Part shown: piece after piece, positions 37,238 through 51,505 of the stretch
How positions within the stretch are numbered: the first letter of the stretch is position 1
Layout of the letters: the number at the start of each line of letters is the position of its first letter
IMG/VR virus record: IMGVR_UViG_3300031555_002663
Coordinates: 9,985-73,984 of that record
DNA: 64,000 nucleotides
Strand: one strand, 5' to 3'
Origin: a virus
Lineage: Duplodnaviria > Caudoviricetes
Translations under genes and position numbers: made by a program
Notes under the pieces: generated by a model
Seen by the model: the letters and a program-made list of their open reading frames with translations, nothing else
What the model was told of the DNA's origin: nothing
Databases searched by the model: none

Positions 37238-37762
37238 ATGGCAAAAGTTTCACTTACAAAACTTGGTTTGAAAGTAAATCAAGATGTTAAAATTGTTGAC
37301 TTTAATGAACAAGACATTGAAGTTAAACAGTATTTACCAGTTAATGAAAAATTAGAATTGATTAGTAATGTTATTAATTTATCTCATGATGATAATAATT
37401 TTGCTAATCCTGTAAAAGTTAGTATTTTTACTACATTGGAAATTATGTATGCTTATACTAATATTAATTTTACAGACAAACAAAAAGAAGATCCAACTAA
37501 ATTATATGATATGTTAATTTCTTCTGGCTTAGTGAAGAAAGTTGTATCTATGATTCCAGAAGAAGAATATCATGAAGTACTTTGCGGAGTTTCTGATAGT
37601 ATTGATGCAGTGTATACATATCGCAATTCTGTGATGGGTATTTTAGATATTGTATCTGCTGATTATAGTGCATTAAATTTAAATGCAACTGAAATTCAAC
37701 AGAAGTTGGCAGATCCTAAAAATATGGAATTGTTAAAACAGGTTTTGACTAAATTGGGCTAA
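37238..37762 (+). CDS. putative tail assembly chaperone
   Basis: 174 aa immediately before the tape measure gene. Confidence 0.55.
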   Translation: MAKVSLTKLGLKVNQDVKIVDFNEQDIEVKQYLPVNEKLELISNVINLSHDDNNFANPVKVSIFTTLEIMYAYTNINFTDKQKEDPTKLYDMLISSGLVKKVVSMIPEEEYHEVLCGVSDSIDAVYTYRNSVMGILDIVSADYSALNLNATEIQQKLADPKNMELLKQVLTKLG

Positions 37763-37806
37763 TTAAATCCATTAAATTATCTTATTTTTTAAAGATATAT
37801 AGGAGT

Positions 37807-37850
37807 AATTGGGGATAAGAGTAGTATTACTCTTATCCCCAATTTTTTAT
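37807..37850 (+). terminator. intrinsic terminator
   Basis: 17-bp perfect stem AATTGGGGATAAGAGTA-GTAT-TACTCTTATCCCCAATT plus T tract. Confidence 0.8.
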
Positions 37851-37890
37851 TTTGCAAAATAAAAAATTAGGAGAGAAAGGAGCAAAATAA

Positions 37891-40800
37891 ATGGCTAAAC
37901 AATTAAATGTTAATCTTTCATTTACCGCCGATACCGGAAAGGCGAGAGCTCAATTGAAAGATTTGCAAACTCAATTGACACATTTAATAAATCAGTCTTC
38001 TATTGATGGCGATGGCTTGGGTCTCAGTAAAGATATTGAAAAAGCAACAAAATCTGTCGCTGAACTTCAAACCCATTTAAATAAAGCCATGAATACTAAA
38101 ACTGGTAATTTAGATTTTTCAAAATTAAATGATTCATTGAAAAAAAGTGGAAAAAGTTTAGACAAGTATGGAGAAGAATTAAGATCTTTAGGTCCAGACG
38201 GATAGAAAGCTTTTTAGGCTTTAGCTACATCAGTTGCAAATGCAGAGATTCCTATTAGACGATCAAATGCTGCATTAACAGAAATGTGGACTACTTTAAA
38301 AAATACTGCTCGTTGGCAGATTTCTTCAAGTATTTTACATGGATTTATGGGTGCCGTTTCTTCTGCTTATGGGTACGCTCAAGATTTAAATGAGTCTTTA
38401 AATAATATCCGCATTGTAACAGGAAATAGTACTGAAGAGATGGCTAAGTTTGCAAAAGAAGCAAATAAGGCTGCAAAAGCTCTCAGCACTACTACCACTA
38501 ATTATACAGATGCGGCTTTAATTTACTACCAACAGGGTTTAAATGAAGAGCAAGTTAAGGAGCGTGCTGATATTACTGTAAAAATGGCTAATGTTGCTCG
38601 TGAAAGTGCTGATATCGTTTCTGACCAGTTAACTGCTGTTTGGAATAACTTCTATGAAGAAGGCGGTCAATCTTTAGAGCACTACGCTGATGCAATGACA
38701 GCTCTTGGTGCGGCTACAGCATCTAGTACAGATGAAATCGCAGGCGGCTTAGAGAAGTTTGCATCTATCGCAGATATGATTGGTTTAAGCTTTGATAATG
38801 CAGCTGCAGCTTTAGCTACTATTACTGCAACTACTCGTCAAAGTGAAGAGGTAGTTGGTACAGCATTAAAAACTATTTTTGCTCGTATTCAAGGTTTAAA
38901 TTTAGGAGAAACTCTTGATGATGGTACTACTTTAAATAAGTATTCTGAAGCTTTAGCTAAAGTAGGAATTTCCATTTATGATGCTGCTGGAGGATTAAAA
39001 GACATGGATAGCATCCTTGAAGAGATGGGTGCTAAATGGCAATCCTTAAGCAAAGACCAGCAAGTGGCTTTAGCTCAAACTGTAGCTGGTGTTCGTCAAT
39101 ATAACCAATTGGTTTCTTTGATGGATAATTTTGATTTTTATCAACAAAATTTATTAACAGCACAAACTTCTGAGGGAGCCCTTAATAAACAGGCTGAAAT
39201 TTACGCAGAATCATGGGAAGCTGCACAAGCTCGAGTAAGAGCTGCGGCAGAGGCCATTTATGGAGAATTACTCAATGATGAAGCTTTTATTGACCTTTTA
39301 AATATCATAGAAAAACTTTTAAACGGCATTAAAACTTTTATTGATAGTGTCGGAGGTCTTGAAGGCGTTTTAGTATCTTTAGGAGCTGTTATTACTAAAG
39401 TATTTCATAATCAGTTATCTCAAAGCTTGACAAATGCTGCCTATAGTATGAAAATGTTAACCGCTAAAGGCAGAGAAGAAATTCAAAATGAAAGAAAATC
39501 ATTTTTAGATAGAGCTGCGGGCGTTACTGAGAATAAAGAATATACTACTGGAGAAGAAAAAGCTAGATCTGAAGCTTTAAGAGATCAGCTAACATTGCAA
39601 TCTGAACTTTTAGATAAAGCTGATCGAATGAGCGAAATTGAGTTAGAAACTAATAGGACTCTAATGGACCGAGCAAAACTTCTTGGTGAAAATAAAATTA
39701 AAGCGGCTGAAAATTTAGATCAACAAAAAGAAAAAGTTAGCGATAAAACTTTTGATGTAAAAACATCTATTACTCAAAATGCATTAGATAATGGATTAAA
39801 TCTTAAACAAGTTACAGCTGAATTTGATGGATTTCAAAAGAAATTAAAGAATGGTATTAACATAAAGACAAATCTTCCTGCTGAATTAAGAAAAATGCAA
39901 TCTGAAGGAAAAAAAGCAGACAAGCAATTGGAATATATCCAAAAGCAAGCTCGAAAAATGGCAGATGCAGATTTAACAAAATTTGTTAATGGATTAAAAG
40001 CTAGTGATTTAGAGGGAGAAGAATTAGAACAAACACTGGTTCAAATTGTTGCTCACGTCAATAATATCATGGACGACTCTCATGCAGGTATTGTTGACCT
40101 GGGAGTAGATGTTAAAGATGTTGATGATTTAGTTGATTCCATGTATGATAGAGCAGAGGCTCAAAGAGATGTAAATAAAGCAACAGAAGAGGCAGCAGCA
40201 GCTCAAAAGACCGCTTCAGATTCTATTAAAGAATCTAATGGTGCTCAAAAGGGTTGGGCTGATCATATGGTTAACATTGCCAATACAACTATGGCAACTA
40301 TCTCCATCATCCAAACTCTTGGAGGAGTTTGGGATACAGTATCTAATCCAGATGCATCAGCATGGGAAAAAGTCGGTTCTGTAATGATGGGTCTTGCAAC
40401 TATTGTTCCAATGTTAACAATGGCTCTCAGTAAAGAATCTATTCAGTCAATGGCGGCAGCGGCCGCAGCTATTGCTCATGCATTGGGTCTATCTACTGAA
40501 GCAACCGCGGCAGGAATTGCAGCCGGAGCTACAGCAACCTTCGGAACTGTATTGTATACGGTATTGTGGCCTATTGGACTTGTAATAGCGGCTATTGGAC
40601 TTTTAGTTGGAATTGTCATGGGAGTTGTAAAAGCTTTCCAATATTTCCAATCTCAAACTCCTGAAGGAAAATTAAAAACTTTACAAGAGGAAGCTCAAAA
40701 AAGTGCAGATGCTTTTGCTAGAGTTACAGAGTCTGTTGAAGAAACAAAAGCTGCTCTTGAAAGTTTAGATTCTGCATATGAAACTATAGAAAATTTAACT

Positions 40801-43800
40801 CGTGGTACTGACGAGTGGTATAATGCCATTACAAATGTAAATGCAGAAGTAATGAAGCTTCTGGAAAAATATCCTGATTTAATTTCTGATCAGGTATATG
40901 CTACTGAAGATGGCATGTTAAAAATTACTGAAGCTGGCATCGATGCAATTGAGAAAGAAAATCGTATGCGACTTCAAACAGCTCAAAATGTAAATACTGC
41001 AAATCAAATTGCTGTCAAAAAGCAAGAAATCGAAGTTTCTCAAAATGATTTTGAGGGAATGAATAAAATTGCTCGCGGCAGATATGACGATGAAGTTGCA
41101 GATGCAATTCAACAGTATTATGAAACTGAAGGTGTTGGAGAGCAATTATTTACTAAAGAAGGAGCAAATGCATTACTAAAAGGCCTTCGTGATGAAGCTT
41201 CTTTCCTTATTAAAGATAAAGTTGATTCTGAGAAATTTTATCAGATGCTTTTGGATAACCAAGAGCAAATTAGAGAGAATGCTAATATTCACAAGCAAAT
41301 TAACATCTTAGAAGATTCTCTTATTCAATCTCGTGCAACTGCTGTTGGATCTACTAGAAGTGCAGATGAAGTTAGAGATTTAGTTGGAGAAGATACAATT
41401 ACCAGAATTAAGAATAAAGCTAAGGAAGATGTAAAACTTGATTTTGGTAACTGGAATAAACATATTAATTATGATAAAGATGATGAAGAATGGGGTATGA
41501 TTGAAGACTTCATGAATCTTCAAGGCGATGATGTTGAATATGTTGCTCAACGTCATGGAAAAATGGTTCTTGAAATTGATGGAGAAGAAATTGAATACTC
41601 TAAAGATGAAGTTTATAATGCATTAACTGAATTATATAGTGGACCAGAAATTGAATCAAAACTTGAAGAAGGTTTTGAAAAGAGTATTGGTGCTGCTTTA
41701 GGTCGTTCAGTTGCTAATTTAGACGTTACAGAACTTGCCGAATTAGATAATTTCCAAAGAGGACTTGCTGATGCTTTAACAGGCACCGACTTTGAAGGAA
41801 ATTCTGATGAAGTATTTAAATCTGTTGCTAACACCTGGAACGTTGACACAGAGCAAGGATTTGAAAATTTCCAAACTGATACTCAATATATTGATTTAAC
41901 ATCAGAAGCATTTTTACGCCAAGCTTTAGCTTTAAATGAAGGTGCTATTAGCGCTGGTCAATTTAAAGATGCAGTTCAAGAGCTAAATGCTCAAGGCGAG
42001 ATTTTAGCAATGAATGATTTCTTTACCAATGCGGCGAAGGGATTAGGCTTAGATGATGAAGCTGCTGCTGAAATGCAAGAATATGCTGAACATTTAAGAA
42101 GTATTGCAAAAGAATCTGAGATTTTAGATGAAAGATTAGCAGAAGACGCAAAGAGTGCGGCAGATTTAGCTGTTGAAATAACTCGAATGAATAAGGGTAT
42201 CGATGACTTAGCAGACGGTTTTGAAGAGTGGAGCGATATTCTTAAAAAGAGTAGTAAAGAAAGTGCTGAATATGCTAGTGCTATGTCTAATATCAAGAAA
42301 TCTTTAAGTAATGTTCTTGATGTAGAATCCGATTTAATTTCTAGCAGCTTTGTTGAAGACCATTTGGAAGAAATTGAAAAGGCTTCTCAAGGAGACGCTG
42401 AAGCTATTGATTTCTTACGTTCTCAAATGGATGAAGAGATTATCCAAAAAGTTTCTTTAACTAAGCCAGAAGAATTACAGCAAGAAATTCTTGAATTAGA
42501 TAATAAATTAAAATCAGAGTTAGAGCGAATTAATGCTGAGATTCCAGATATTGAAGTTGGTGCAATTTTACAAGATCAGGCATTTATTGATGCTGCAAAC
42601 AACTTAGTAACTCAATCTGGTATGACTGCCGATGAAGCAAATGCATATTTTGCTGGTATTGGTTATGAACCAGTATATAATGTTACTGACGTTGAAGCTC
42701 CTGGTGAAATTGATACTAACACTCAAACAACTAGCTATTTAGATCATTTCTCTTTATTTAATGGCTATTCTGATTTAGATTTAGGACCTCTTGGTTCTTA
42801 TAAAATTCCTAAAATTAATCCTAATATTACTTGGCATAGTGAAACTAAACCATTAACACCAACTCCAATTGAAACAACCATGCCTTTGGTTAGCTTCAGT
42901 GGTGATGGTAAACCTCCTCAGATTCAAGGATTAAGAAAAAAAGCCACTGGCTCAATGAACAATTATTCCAAGTCAAATTCAGGAGGAAAAGCTCCTGGAT
43001 CTTCTGGAGGTAAAAAAGGTAGCGGTAGTAAAGGCAGCGAACCTAAAAAAGTAGATCAAACTAAAAAAACAGATATTGTTGATAGATATAAGCAAATAGA
43101 AGATCAAATTGATGATGTATCAGATGCATTAGATGATGCTTCTAAAGCTGCAGACCGACTTTATGGACTTGATAAAATTAAGAAAATGCGTGAAGTCAAT
43201 TCTTTGTTACAAGAAGAAGTTGGCTTATTGGAGAAGAAAAAAGAAGAAGCTGAAAATTATTTAGCTACAGACTTAGCAGATCTTCAAAGCGCCGCGTCTG
43301 AATTTGGAGTCCAATTTACTACTGATGAAAATGGTAATTTAACTAATTATCAAACCATTATGGAAGGTCTCTATAATCAGCTCCACGCTTTAGAAACTGC
43401 TAATGGTGGCATGGCCGATGAGGCTCAAGAAGAAGAAATTAAAAATCTTAAAGAAAAAATTGATAAAGTTAAAGAAGCTATTTCTCAATATGATGAAACT
43501 CGTGAATTAATTGAAGATATAGATAATGAAATTCAAGATAAGATTTATGAATGGCAAGATAATAATTATGAAATTTTACAATATGAGCTTGAATTAAAAA
43601 TAGAAATAAATGATGAAGATTTAAGAAAGTTAGATTATTATTTAAATAAATATTCTGATAATTTCTATAAAATGGCAGAATCTGCGGAGTTGTTAAACAA
43701 ACAAATCCCAGAATTAAAAGAAGCTTTAAGTATTTATGATGAGCATAAAGCAAAATTAGATGAAGCTTATGCCAATGGAGAAATTTCACAAGAAGCTTAT

Positions 43801-45927
43801 ATAGAAGGATTGAAAGAAGTCCGTGATGGTTATTATGACAGCCTTGAAGCTCTCAATGAATTAGATAAAAAGATGCTTCATTACTATGAAGATACTTTAT
43901 CTGAGGCAAGAAGTGAACTTGAAGACTATACTGATCATATGGAACATCTTACTGAGGTATTTGATCATTATATTAACTTAATGGATATTCTTGGAAAATC
44001 TAAAAACTATGAAGCAATTGGAGATTTCTTAGGAGGAAAAGCGGATACTATTAGAGATCGATTAGAGGTTTCTAAAGAGTATTACAATATGCTTCTTGAG
44101 CAAAAATCTGACATTGAAGCTAAATTAAATGCTGCTATTGCAGAAGGTGACGATGCAGCCGCTGAACTCTATAAAGAAGAGTGGGATGCTATTGCTGATG
44201 AAGTTGATGCCGCACAAGAAGAGGTTTTAAGTCTTACTGAAGAGTGGGCCGAAGCAATGAAAGCAGTTATTGAAAATAATATGGCGGAAATTGCTGAAGT
44301 TCTTGAAAAATCTTTGACTGGTGGAACTACTTTTGATACTCTCATGGATGAATTTGATAAATTAAATACTCGTCAAGAAGAATATTTAACTAAAACAAAT
44401 CAAATCTACGAAACCAACAAGTTGATGCGCACTGCAAGTAAAGCATTAGATGAAACAGATAATAAAGTTGCAAAACAAAAACTTAAAAACTTTATTGATG
44501 AAACAAAGAGTTTGCAAGAGAATACTAAATTAAGTCAATATGAGTTAGAAATTCAGCAGGCTAAATATGATTTGTTATTGGCTGAAATTGCTCTTGAAGA
44601 AGCTCAAAATGCAAAATCTACTGTTCGCTTGTCCCGAGATAGTGAAGGTAATTTTGGATATGTTTATACTGCAGATCAAGATAAAGTGGATGATGCTCAA
44701 CAGGCTTATGAAGATGCAGATAATAGATTATATAATCTTTCTCTTGAAGGTCAGCAAGAATTTACTGAAAAGTATTTACAAGCTACTCAAGAAATGTATA
44801 ATCAATTAACCGAGTTACAGCAAGCTTGGTTAGATGGTGAAATTGCTTCTGAAGAAGAGTATGAAAGAAGAAAAGAAGAAATTCTTAATCATTATCTTGG
44901 TCCAGAAGGCGTTTTAACTACTTATCAAAATCTTTATAACATTGCAGTTCGTACTGATGCCGATGCTACCGCAGATAACTGGCAAAAAGATTATGCTGCA
45001 ATGACTCAAAATACTGAAGATTGGAAAGACGCAGTAAATGAGTATTTAGTGGCTGTTGAAGAACAAACTGCACAGTGGGCAGAAGTTTCTGAACAGGCTA
45101 ATGAAGATGTTGAGGGAGCTCTTGAAGATAGTGCAACAGCAACTAAAGAATTGACTGATGAAAGCGCTGAATTAAGAGATACAATTGTTGATGAAGTTAT
45201 TCCAGCAATTGAAGAAGAATTGGATTGGGTTCAAGCGCAAACTGAAGCTTATGCTGAACAGCGTGCAGAATTACTGGCTTTAATTGAAACCTATGAAGAT
45301 TATATTGATGCTATTAATCAGCAAATTGAAGAAGAGGCCGGTCTTGGATATGATAAAAACACAGACTATTCAGCTGTTATGGCTGGATACTTAGCCGCTG
45401 GAGGAACTGTTGGTAGTGATACTTGGAATGAACTTGAAAGACAAAGAGAAGCAAAAATTGAAGGAGAAGATTTAAAGAAAGATTATTATGGTTCTCGTGT
45501 TGGAGAAGACGATTATAATCCTCAAGCAAGTAATAAATGGTATGAAGATAAAGATGCAGTTAATGAAATCCTTAAAAAATTAGGTATTCAAACTTTCTCT
45601 TCTGGAGGATACACAGGAGACTGGGGTCCAGAAGGAAAACTTGCTATTTTGCATGAAAAAGAACTTGTTCTTAATGCAGGAGATACTGCTAATTTATTAT
45701 CTACTATTTCTTTCATTCGTGATTTGGTATCTTTGATTGATAGTCAAGCAACATCTGCAAGTCTATATAATCTTATGAGTACTCCTGGAGTAACAACCTC
45801 TCAAGAAGTTCTTGAACAAAAAGTTGAAATTTATGCAGAATTCCCGAATGCAACAGACCATAATGAAATTGAAGAAGCCTTTAATAATCTTGTTAATAGA
45901 GCGTCTCAATATGCTAATAGAAAATAA
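37891..45927 (+). CDS. tail tape measure protein, 2678 aa (2 in-frame TAG)
   Basis: ORFs 37891 and 38284 join across TAG 38203 and 38215; TP901-type TMP core (LNESLNNIRIVT, TIFARI), long helical region. Confidence 0.9.
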
Positions 45928-45931
45928 TATG

Positions 45932-45965
45932 AAGGGTGAGATAGAAATATCTCACCCTTTATTTT
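45932..45965 (+). terminator. intrinsic terminator
   Basis: AAGGGTGAGATA-GAAA-TATCTCACCCTT; shares GAGATAGAAATATCTC with the 36077 terminator. Confidence 0.85.
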
Positions 45966-46052
45966 CGTTTATTGGCCAAATTACATTATGAAATTATATT
46001 GAAAACTTAAAATATAATAGGAAAATTATTAGAGAAAAAGGAGGAATTGATA

Positions 46053-49000
46053 ATGGCAGATATTGCTGAGCAAATTTGTTTAGCTGTCGATTAGATCGTT
46101 TTAGAACGATTAAAAAATATTAAATACGACACTACAATTGTCGCTACAATTGTAGATAATAAACACGCCGCAGATTATAGATATACTTGTTCTAATGGTT
46201 CTGCGCAATTTGTTGCTTTCTCTAAAGATACAACTTATAAAATTAACGATTCTGTGCAAGTAACAATTCCTAATGGAGATTATGATCAGCAAAAAATTAT
46301 TATTGGTAAATATGTAGCTGATGATGAAACTCCTTATATTTTTACTTAGCCCTTTGATACAATCATTGATGTTAGTGCAAATTTAATTGATGAAGAAGTT
46401 TCAGCCAAAGGACTTATTGCTAATGATGAATATGATACTGGACGTCATATGGATGAAGTTCTTGTATGGAGTAAAGTTTTTTCAGAAGGCTTTTATGATT
46501 TTGAAAGACTTGGTATTCAAGGTCAATTTAGAAGTAGAATAAAATCTTTAAAACCAGTTTCAGGAAACTATGGTTATAGATTAGAAGTTCTTTCAAGTAG
46601 AGATGAAATTGTTTCTAATGGCTCTGTCCCAGAAATTGCTTTTATTTATAGTGCAATTTTAAATAAAGAAGAATATGGTCTTGGACCTTTAAATACTATT
46701 CCCGAAAGTTGGTTTGGAAAAGTTGCTGATGAATTGGGATTAACTATTACAGAAACTGAAGAAACTTTCAAAAAAGCTTATATTCAAAGTTTTAATGCGG
46801 AATATGAAATTGATAAGTTTTCAAATAAATGTATGAGCATGGCAAAGGCTTTGCTTTATGCTAATGCACAATTAACAGAATTATATTTAAGTAGTGCAGA
46901 TATGTATGGTAACCCATATAATTTTCAAAGCTTTTTTGAGCAAGAAAAAGTTTATGATATTTCTTCCTTAAATGCAATTTTTGGAATGAGTTTATATTTT
47001 TATGAAGATTCAGGTTCTTTCTTTGATGAAGATGGAGAACCAATTCCTTATAAATATCAAACCGGCAGAAAAAGAGATCCTAATTTGCATACAAAGGATC
47101 CTTATATTTGTTTGGGTTATGATTTATCTAATTTTGATTCTGAGCAGGCTCTATTATTTACTACTGATGGTTCTACATACAAGACTCGTGATGAAGTAGC
47201 GGTAGCAGATAATAGAAAACATATTCGTTTAAGATGGCTTCATTTGTTTGAAAATGGTAATATTTCAGTAATTTCAGAAGCCTCTCAATTAGAAGGATAT
47301 GAAGTTAGATGGTATCGATATAAAATGGGCGCTCCTAGCGCCGATGAATACAGTGGAGTCTATTGGACTGCGATAGAAAAAACTGACGATTGGTTTAATT
47401 ATACTTTAAATCCTGCACCAAATACTTCAATAGAACAAATTAAAGCTATTGTTTTATTTGAAGGAAAAGTAATTCGTAGCAATATTTTAACTTTTTCAAA
47501 TGAAGTTGAAGTCGCTAATACTGCAACTGCTGAAGTTATTTCTGGTTTATCTATTTGGTGTAAAGATGGCAGCTATGGCAATTATTGTCGATATGGTCAA
47601 AATAATGAACTTATGGATAGTATTCAGCCAAATGAAAACATTCAAACCATTACTGCTAATACTGTTTTTACATTTGAAGCAAGATTTGCAGATAAAACTT
47701 TATTGGCTGATGAATATAATGTAGACCAGGTTGCTTTACCTTTACAAGAAGCAAAAGAGATTACTTGGGAAATTCCTTTGCAAAATTCTATGATTATTGT
47801 GCAAGGGTTTAATTATAACTATCCTATTTATGATAGCGAGTGGGTTAATGTAGATAAAACTATTCCCAATTATGAAATGATTTATGCTAATGATGATTTA
47901 AATGATGGCGCTCGTTATAAACAAGATGGTTTTTATAGTGACGCTATTATTAAAGTAAGAGGAAATAGTATTTTTATTACTCGCAAGGGAGCGGAAGATG
48001 GTTCTATTAATGCCTTGCAGGATTATCGAATAAATAAAACATTTAATGCATCCGCATTAAATAATACTGTAAAATGTACTGTTCTTAAAAATGGTTTAAT
48101 TTATAGTGCCACTAAAGAATTGACTTTTGGCATTATGGGAACAAATGGTACAGATGCTACTATTGTTATTGATTTTGACAATAATAAGACGGCTTTAACC
48201 GCAAATGACCCAGAAGACCTTTTAAAAGTGACAGCACACCTATATGACTCTTCTCATAGAGAAGTTGATTTTCATGATGAAACCAATAAAAATATTCGTT
48301 GCTATTGGTCTTGGAAACATTATTCTTTAAATGATGGAGAAGAAGTAAAACTGACTCAGCGCCTTAATGCTGAATATTTAGAAGTTGATGCAACTATCCC
48401 AAAAAATGTATGTTATTTATCTCATACAACTCCGCTGTCTATTGCAGCAAATTCAAAATATTTTTTGGTATTAAAAGTAACTGTTACTGGTTTTGGTGAT
48501 TATAATTTAATTGCCTATAAAGCAGTACCTTTGCGCGCTAATCGTCAATATAGAAATATTATTGGCCCAACTGAAATTATTTATAACACTACTGGACATC
48601 CCACTTACTATAAAGATAAATTCTCTTTATGGTGGTGTGCAGATGAAAATAAAATTACAGAATTTGATACTGTAACAGATGAAACAGCTATTTCCAATAT
48701 TTCTTCTAATTGGAAAATTCATAATCCATATTTAGAAGAATTGAATTTAATTGGTACAATTAGCAACAATATTTTAAAACCTGCTAATGTGTATATTAAG
48801 AACGCAGAGCCTTATGGAGCTTATTGTTTCTTAAATACTGCGGATGGAGGAACCTCTGAACCTGTTTGGATTCAGCCTTTTGTAATTATGCAAAATGAAT
48901 ATCCTTCTGCGACAATTAATCAGTGGAATGGTAAAGAAGTTCAAATTGAATATGATAAAGGATATATTCTTTCTCCTGCAATTGCAGCAGGTAGAAAAGA

Positions 49001-51068
49001 TAAAGATAATCGTTTTTATGGTGTTATGATTGGCGATTGGAGTAACACTCCAACCGCAGATGATTTAACTAAACAAACTGGTGTTTATGGTTTCCATGCG
49101 GGCGCACTAAGCTTTGCTTTTAAAGAAGATGGTACTGCTTTTATTGGTAAGAGCGGCCGTGGACGAATTGAACTTGATGGTAATAATGGTACTTTAAAAT
49201 CTTCTGCTTGGACAGAAGAAAATGAGACTGGCATGTTTTTAGATTTGGATGATGGTATTCTTAAACTCCAAAGAGAAGGCGGATTTGACCAAATTCGTAT
49301 TGACGATCCAGGAAGTTATAGTACAGGAACTTATTATGTTCAAAAAATTACCTATACTAAAGTTGATTTAAATACACCTTATGATTCTTCTCAAGTATAT
49401 TTTAAAAAGGGTCTTGTCCCAGTTCTTGCTATTAATGAAGCTACTTTTAATAGAAAGAAAGCGGCAGGCATTCTTTATTATAGAGCGCCAGATGTTTATA
49501 ATCAATGTAAAGATACTGACGTATACAGTGATACTAATGAGTATTATCAACATACTTATACTGCCGCGATCGGTTTAACTGCAGAAACTTTTGTACCATC
49601 TAACTATTATATTAAAGATGGAGATACTTATACAAAATGTTCTGCAACAGCAACGTTTGATGAAAATACAACTTATTATACTCAAAATGAAGGTTTAAGT
49701 AGAGTTTATCCAACTAAAGAGCAATATGAAGCAAATCCAGGGCAATATTTCATTTATATGCAAGGTAATATTGTTAAAGTAACTTCTAACTTAGCTTATA
49801 ATGCCGAGCATGAATATTATCAAGAAGGATATGTGGAACAAAATTATGGCGTTTCCCCTCCTCCTTCAACTTGGAACACATCAGAAGATGAAAGTCTTGC
49901 AGATGGGGAAAGTTATTATATTGCAACAGGTATGGAATATGTAATTTCAAATGATCCATACGACCCGGGCGAAATTTATTATGAAGATAATCGTTCTGAG
50001 TCTGATAGATATATTACATTATCTGCAAAAACAACCCAATACCCTCTTGCTATTGGTACAAATGTAAATCCATCTAGCCGAAAGTTTAGAGTTGATTGGG
50101 ATGGTACTTGCTATATTCAAGATGGCGTTTTTAGTGGAACTATTGACGCAGAAAGTGGAACCCTTGGAGACTTAACTTTATATGGAACTCTTTCTGTTGA
50201 GAATGGTGGACATATTAATATTGATAGAGAAGGATATATGTATGTTGGACCTTCAGGATATATCGAATTAGATAATAATGCATATATTACCATGAATAAA
50301 GGTGGATATATTGAATTAGATGCTCGTGGAGGATATATTTCCTCTGTAAAATTAAAACTATCTGATGTTGAAAATTCTGGATTCTGGTTAGATATTGATG
50401 GATTCCATGTTGGTGGTAGACAAAGATATTTTTATGCATCTCCGAGCGCCATTGGATTTTATAGTAATATGCTTGGATATGATGGTAGCAGAATTACTTA
50501 TTTCCCTGGTACTTTAAGATTGTCTGGACACGCCTTAGATATGTATGCTTCTGCTATGGAAGAAGGATGGGGTGCAAGTGATGACGATCTTATTAAAGCC
50601 GCAGAAGATGGTCTTTCAAAAATTACTTCTACTAATTTTTATGATGAAGGATCAATTAGAATTGGTTGGGAGCCAAATAGAACATTTTTCCATCCTTATT
50701 TAAGACTTGGTTTTGGTACTTATGCTTCAGGCTCCACTTATCATATGGCTGATGCCGCGACAATTAAAAAATATACTGGCGGCATTTGGATTGGTAACTA
50801 TGGATATGGAAACTATATAGGAGATGGCGGTAATCATTTACAAACCCCATTTGTAGACCCTAGAATTTATTGTGGTATGTTTTATTATACTGGTTCAACT
50901 TATTTGGACGGAAAAACCGAACAGGTTGCTGAATATGGTCCGGGTGGAAGTTCTCCAACTGTACCTACAGTATTTAGATGTGAAGTTATTCCTATATATA
51001 ATGCTAAGGGTAATATCACAGGATATAAAACTGTTTATGAACCAGCGAGATATGCAAGATTTGCATAA
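46053..51068 (+). CDS. large tail-tip/baseplate protein, 1671 aa (2 in-frame TAG)
   Basis: AGGAGG SD and ATG 46053; TAG at 46092 and 46347; in frame with tracked ORF 46449. Confidence 0.8.
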
Positions 51069-51092
51069 TATGAGATAAAGGAGATTTTTAAT

Positions 51093-51479
51093 ATGAAAAC
51101 AATTAATAAAGTTATGACCAATGATGAAATTTATCGTTGCGCTGTTGATATTATGAATAGTCTCAATGATATTGAGACCCCAATGCCAGCAGCAATTAGT
51201 TTCAGCATTACAAAAAATAAAAAGACAATTTCTGCTTTAGCAGAAGACATTGAAAAGTATAGAATTGATATATTAAATAAATACGGTGCAAAAATCGTTG
51301 AAAATAATATGATTTCTATTCCAGAAGAAAAAGTTAATGATGCAAACAGAGAGCTTGAAGAATTATTAACTATTTCTCAGGAAGTTAGAATCTATACTTT
51401 TTCTATTGAAGATTTACAGAATGTAAACCTTTCACCAGCACAAATGGAAGCAATTCTATTTATGATTGATGAGGAATAA
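51093..51479 (+). CDS. hypothetical protein
   Basis: 128 aa, AGGAG SD. Confidence 0.75.
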   Translation: MKTINKVMTNDEIYRCAVDIMNSLNDIETPMPAAISFSITKNKKTISALAEDIEKYRIDILNKYGAKIVENNMISIPEEKVNDANRELEELLTISQEVRIYTFSIEDLQNVNLSPAQMEAILFMIDEE

Positions 51480-51505
51480 ATAAAGAGAAAAAGGAGGCAA
51501 ATTAA

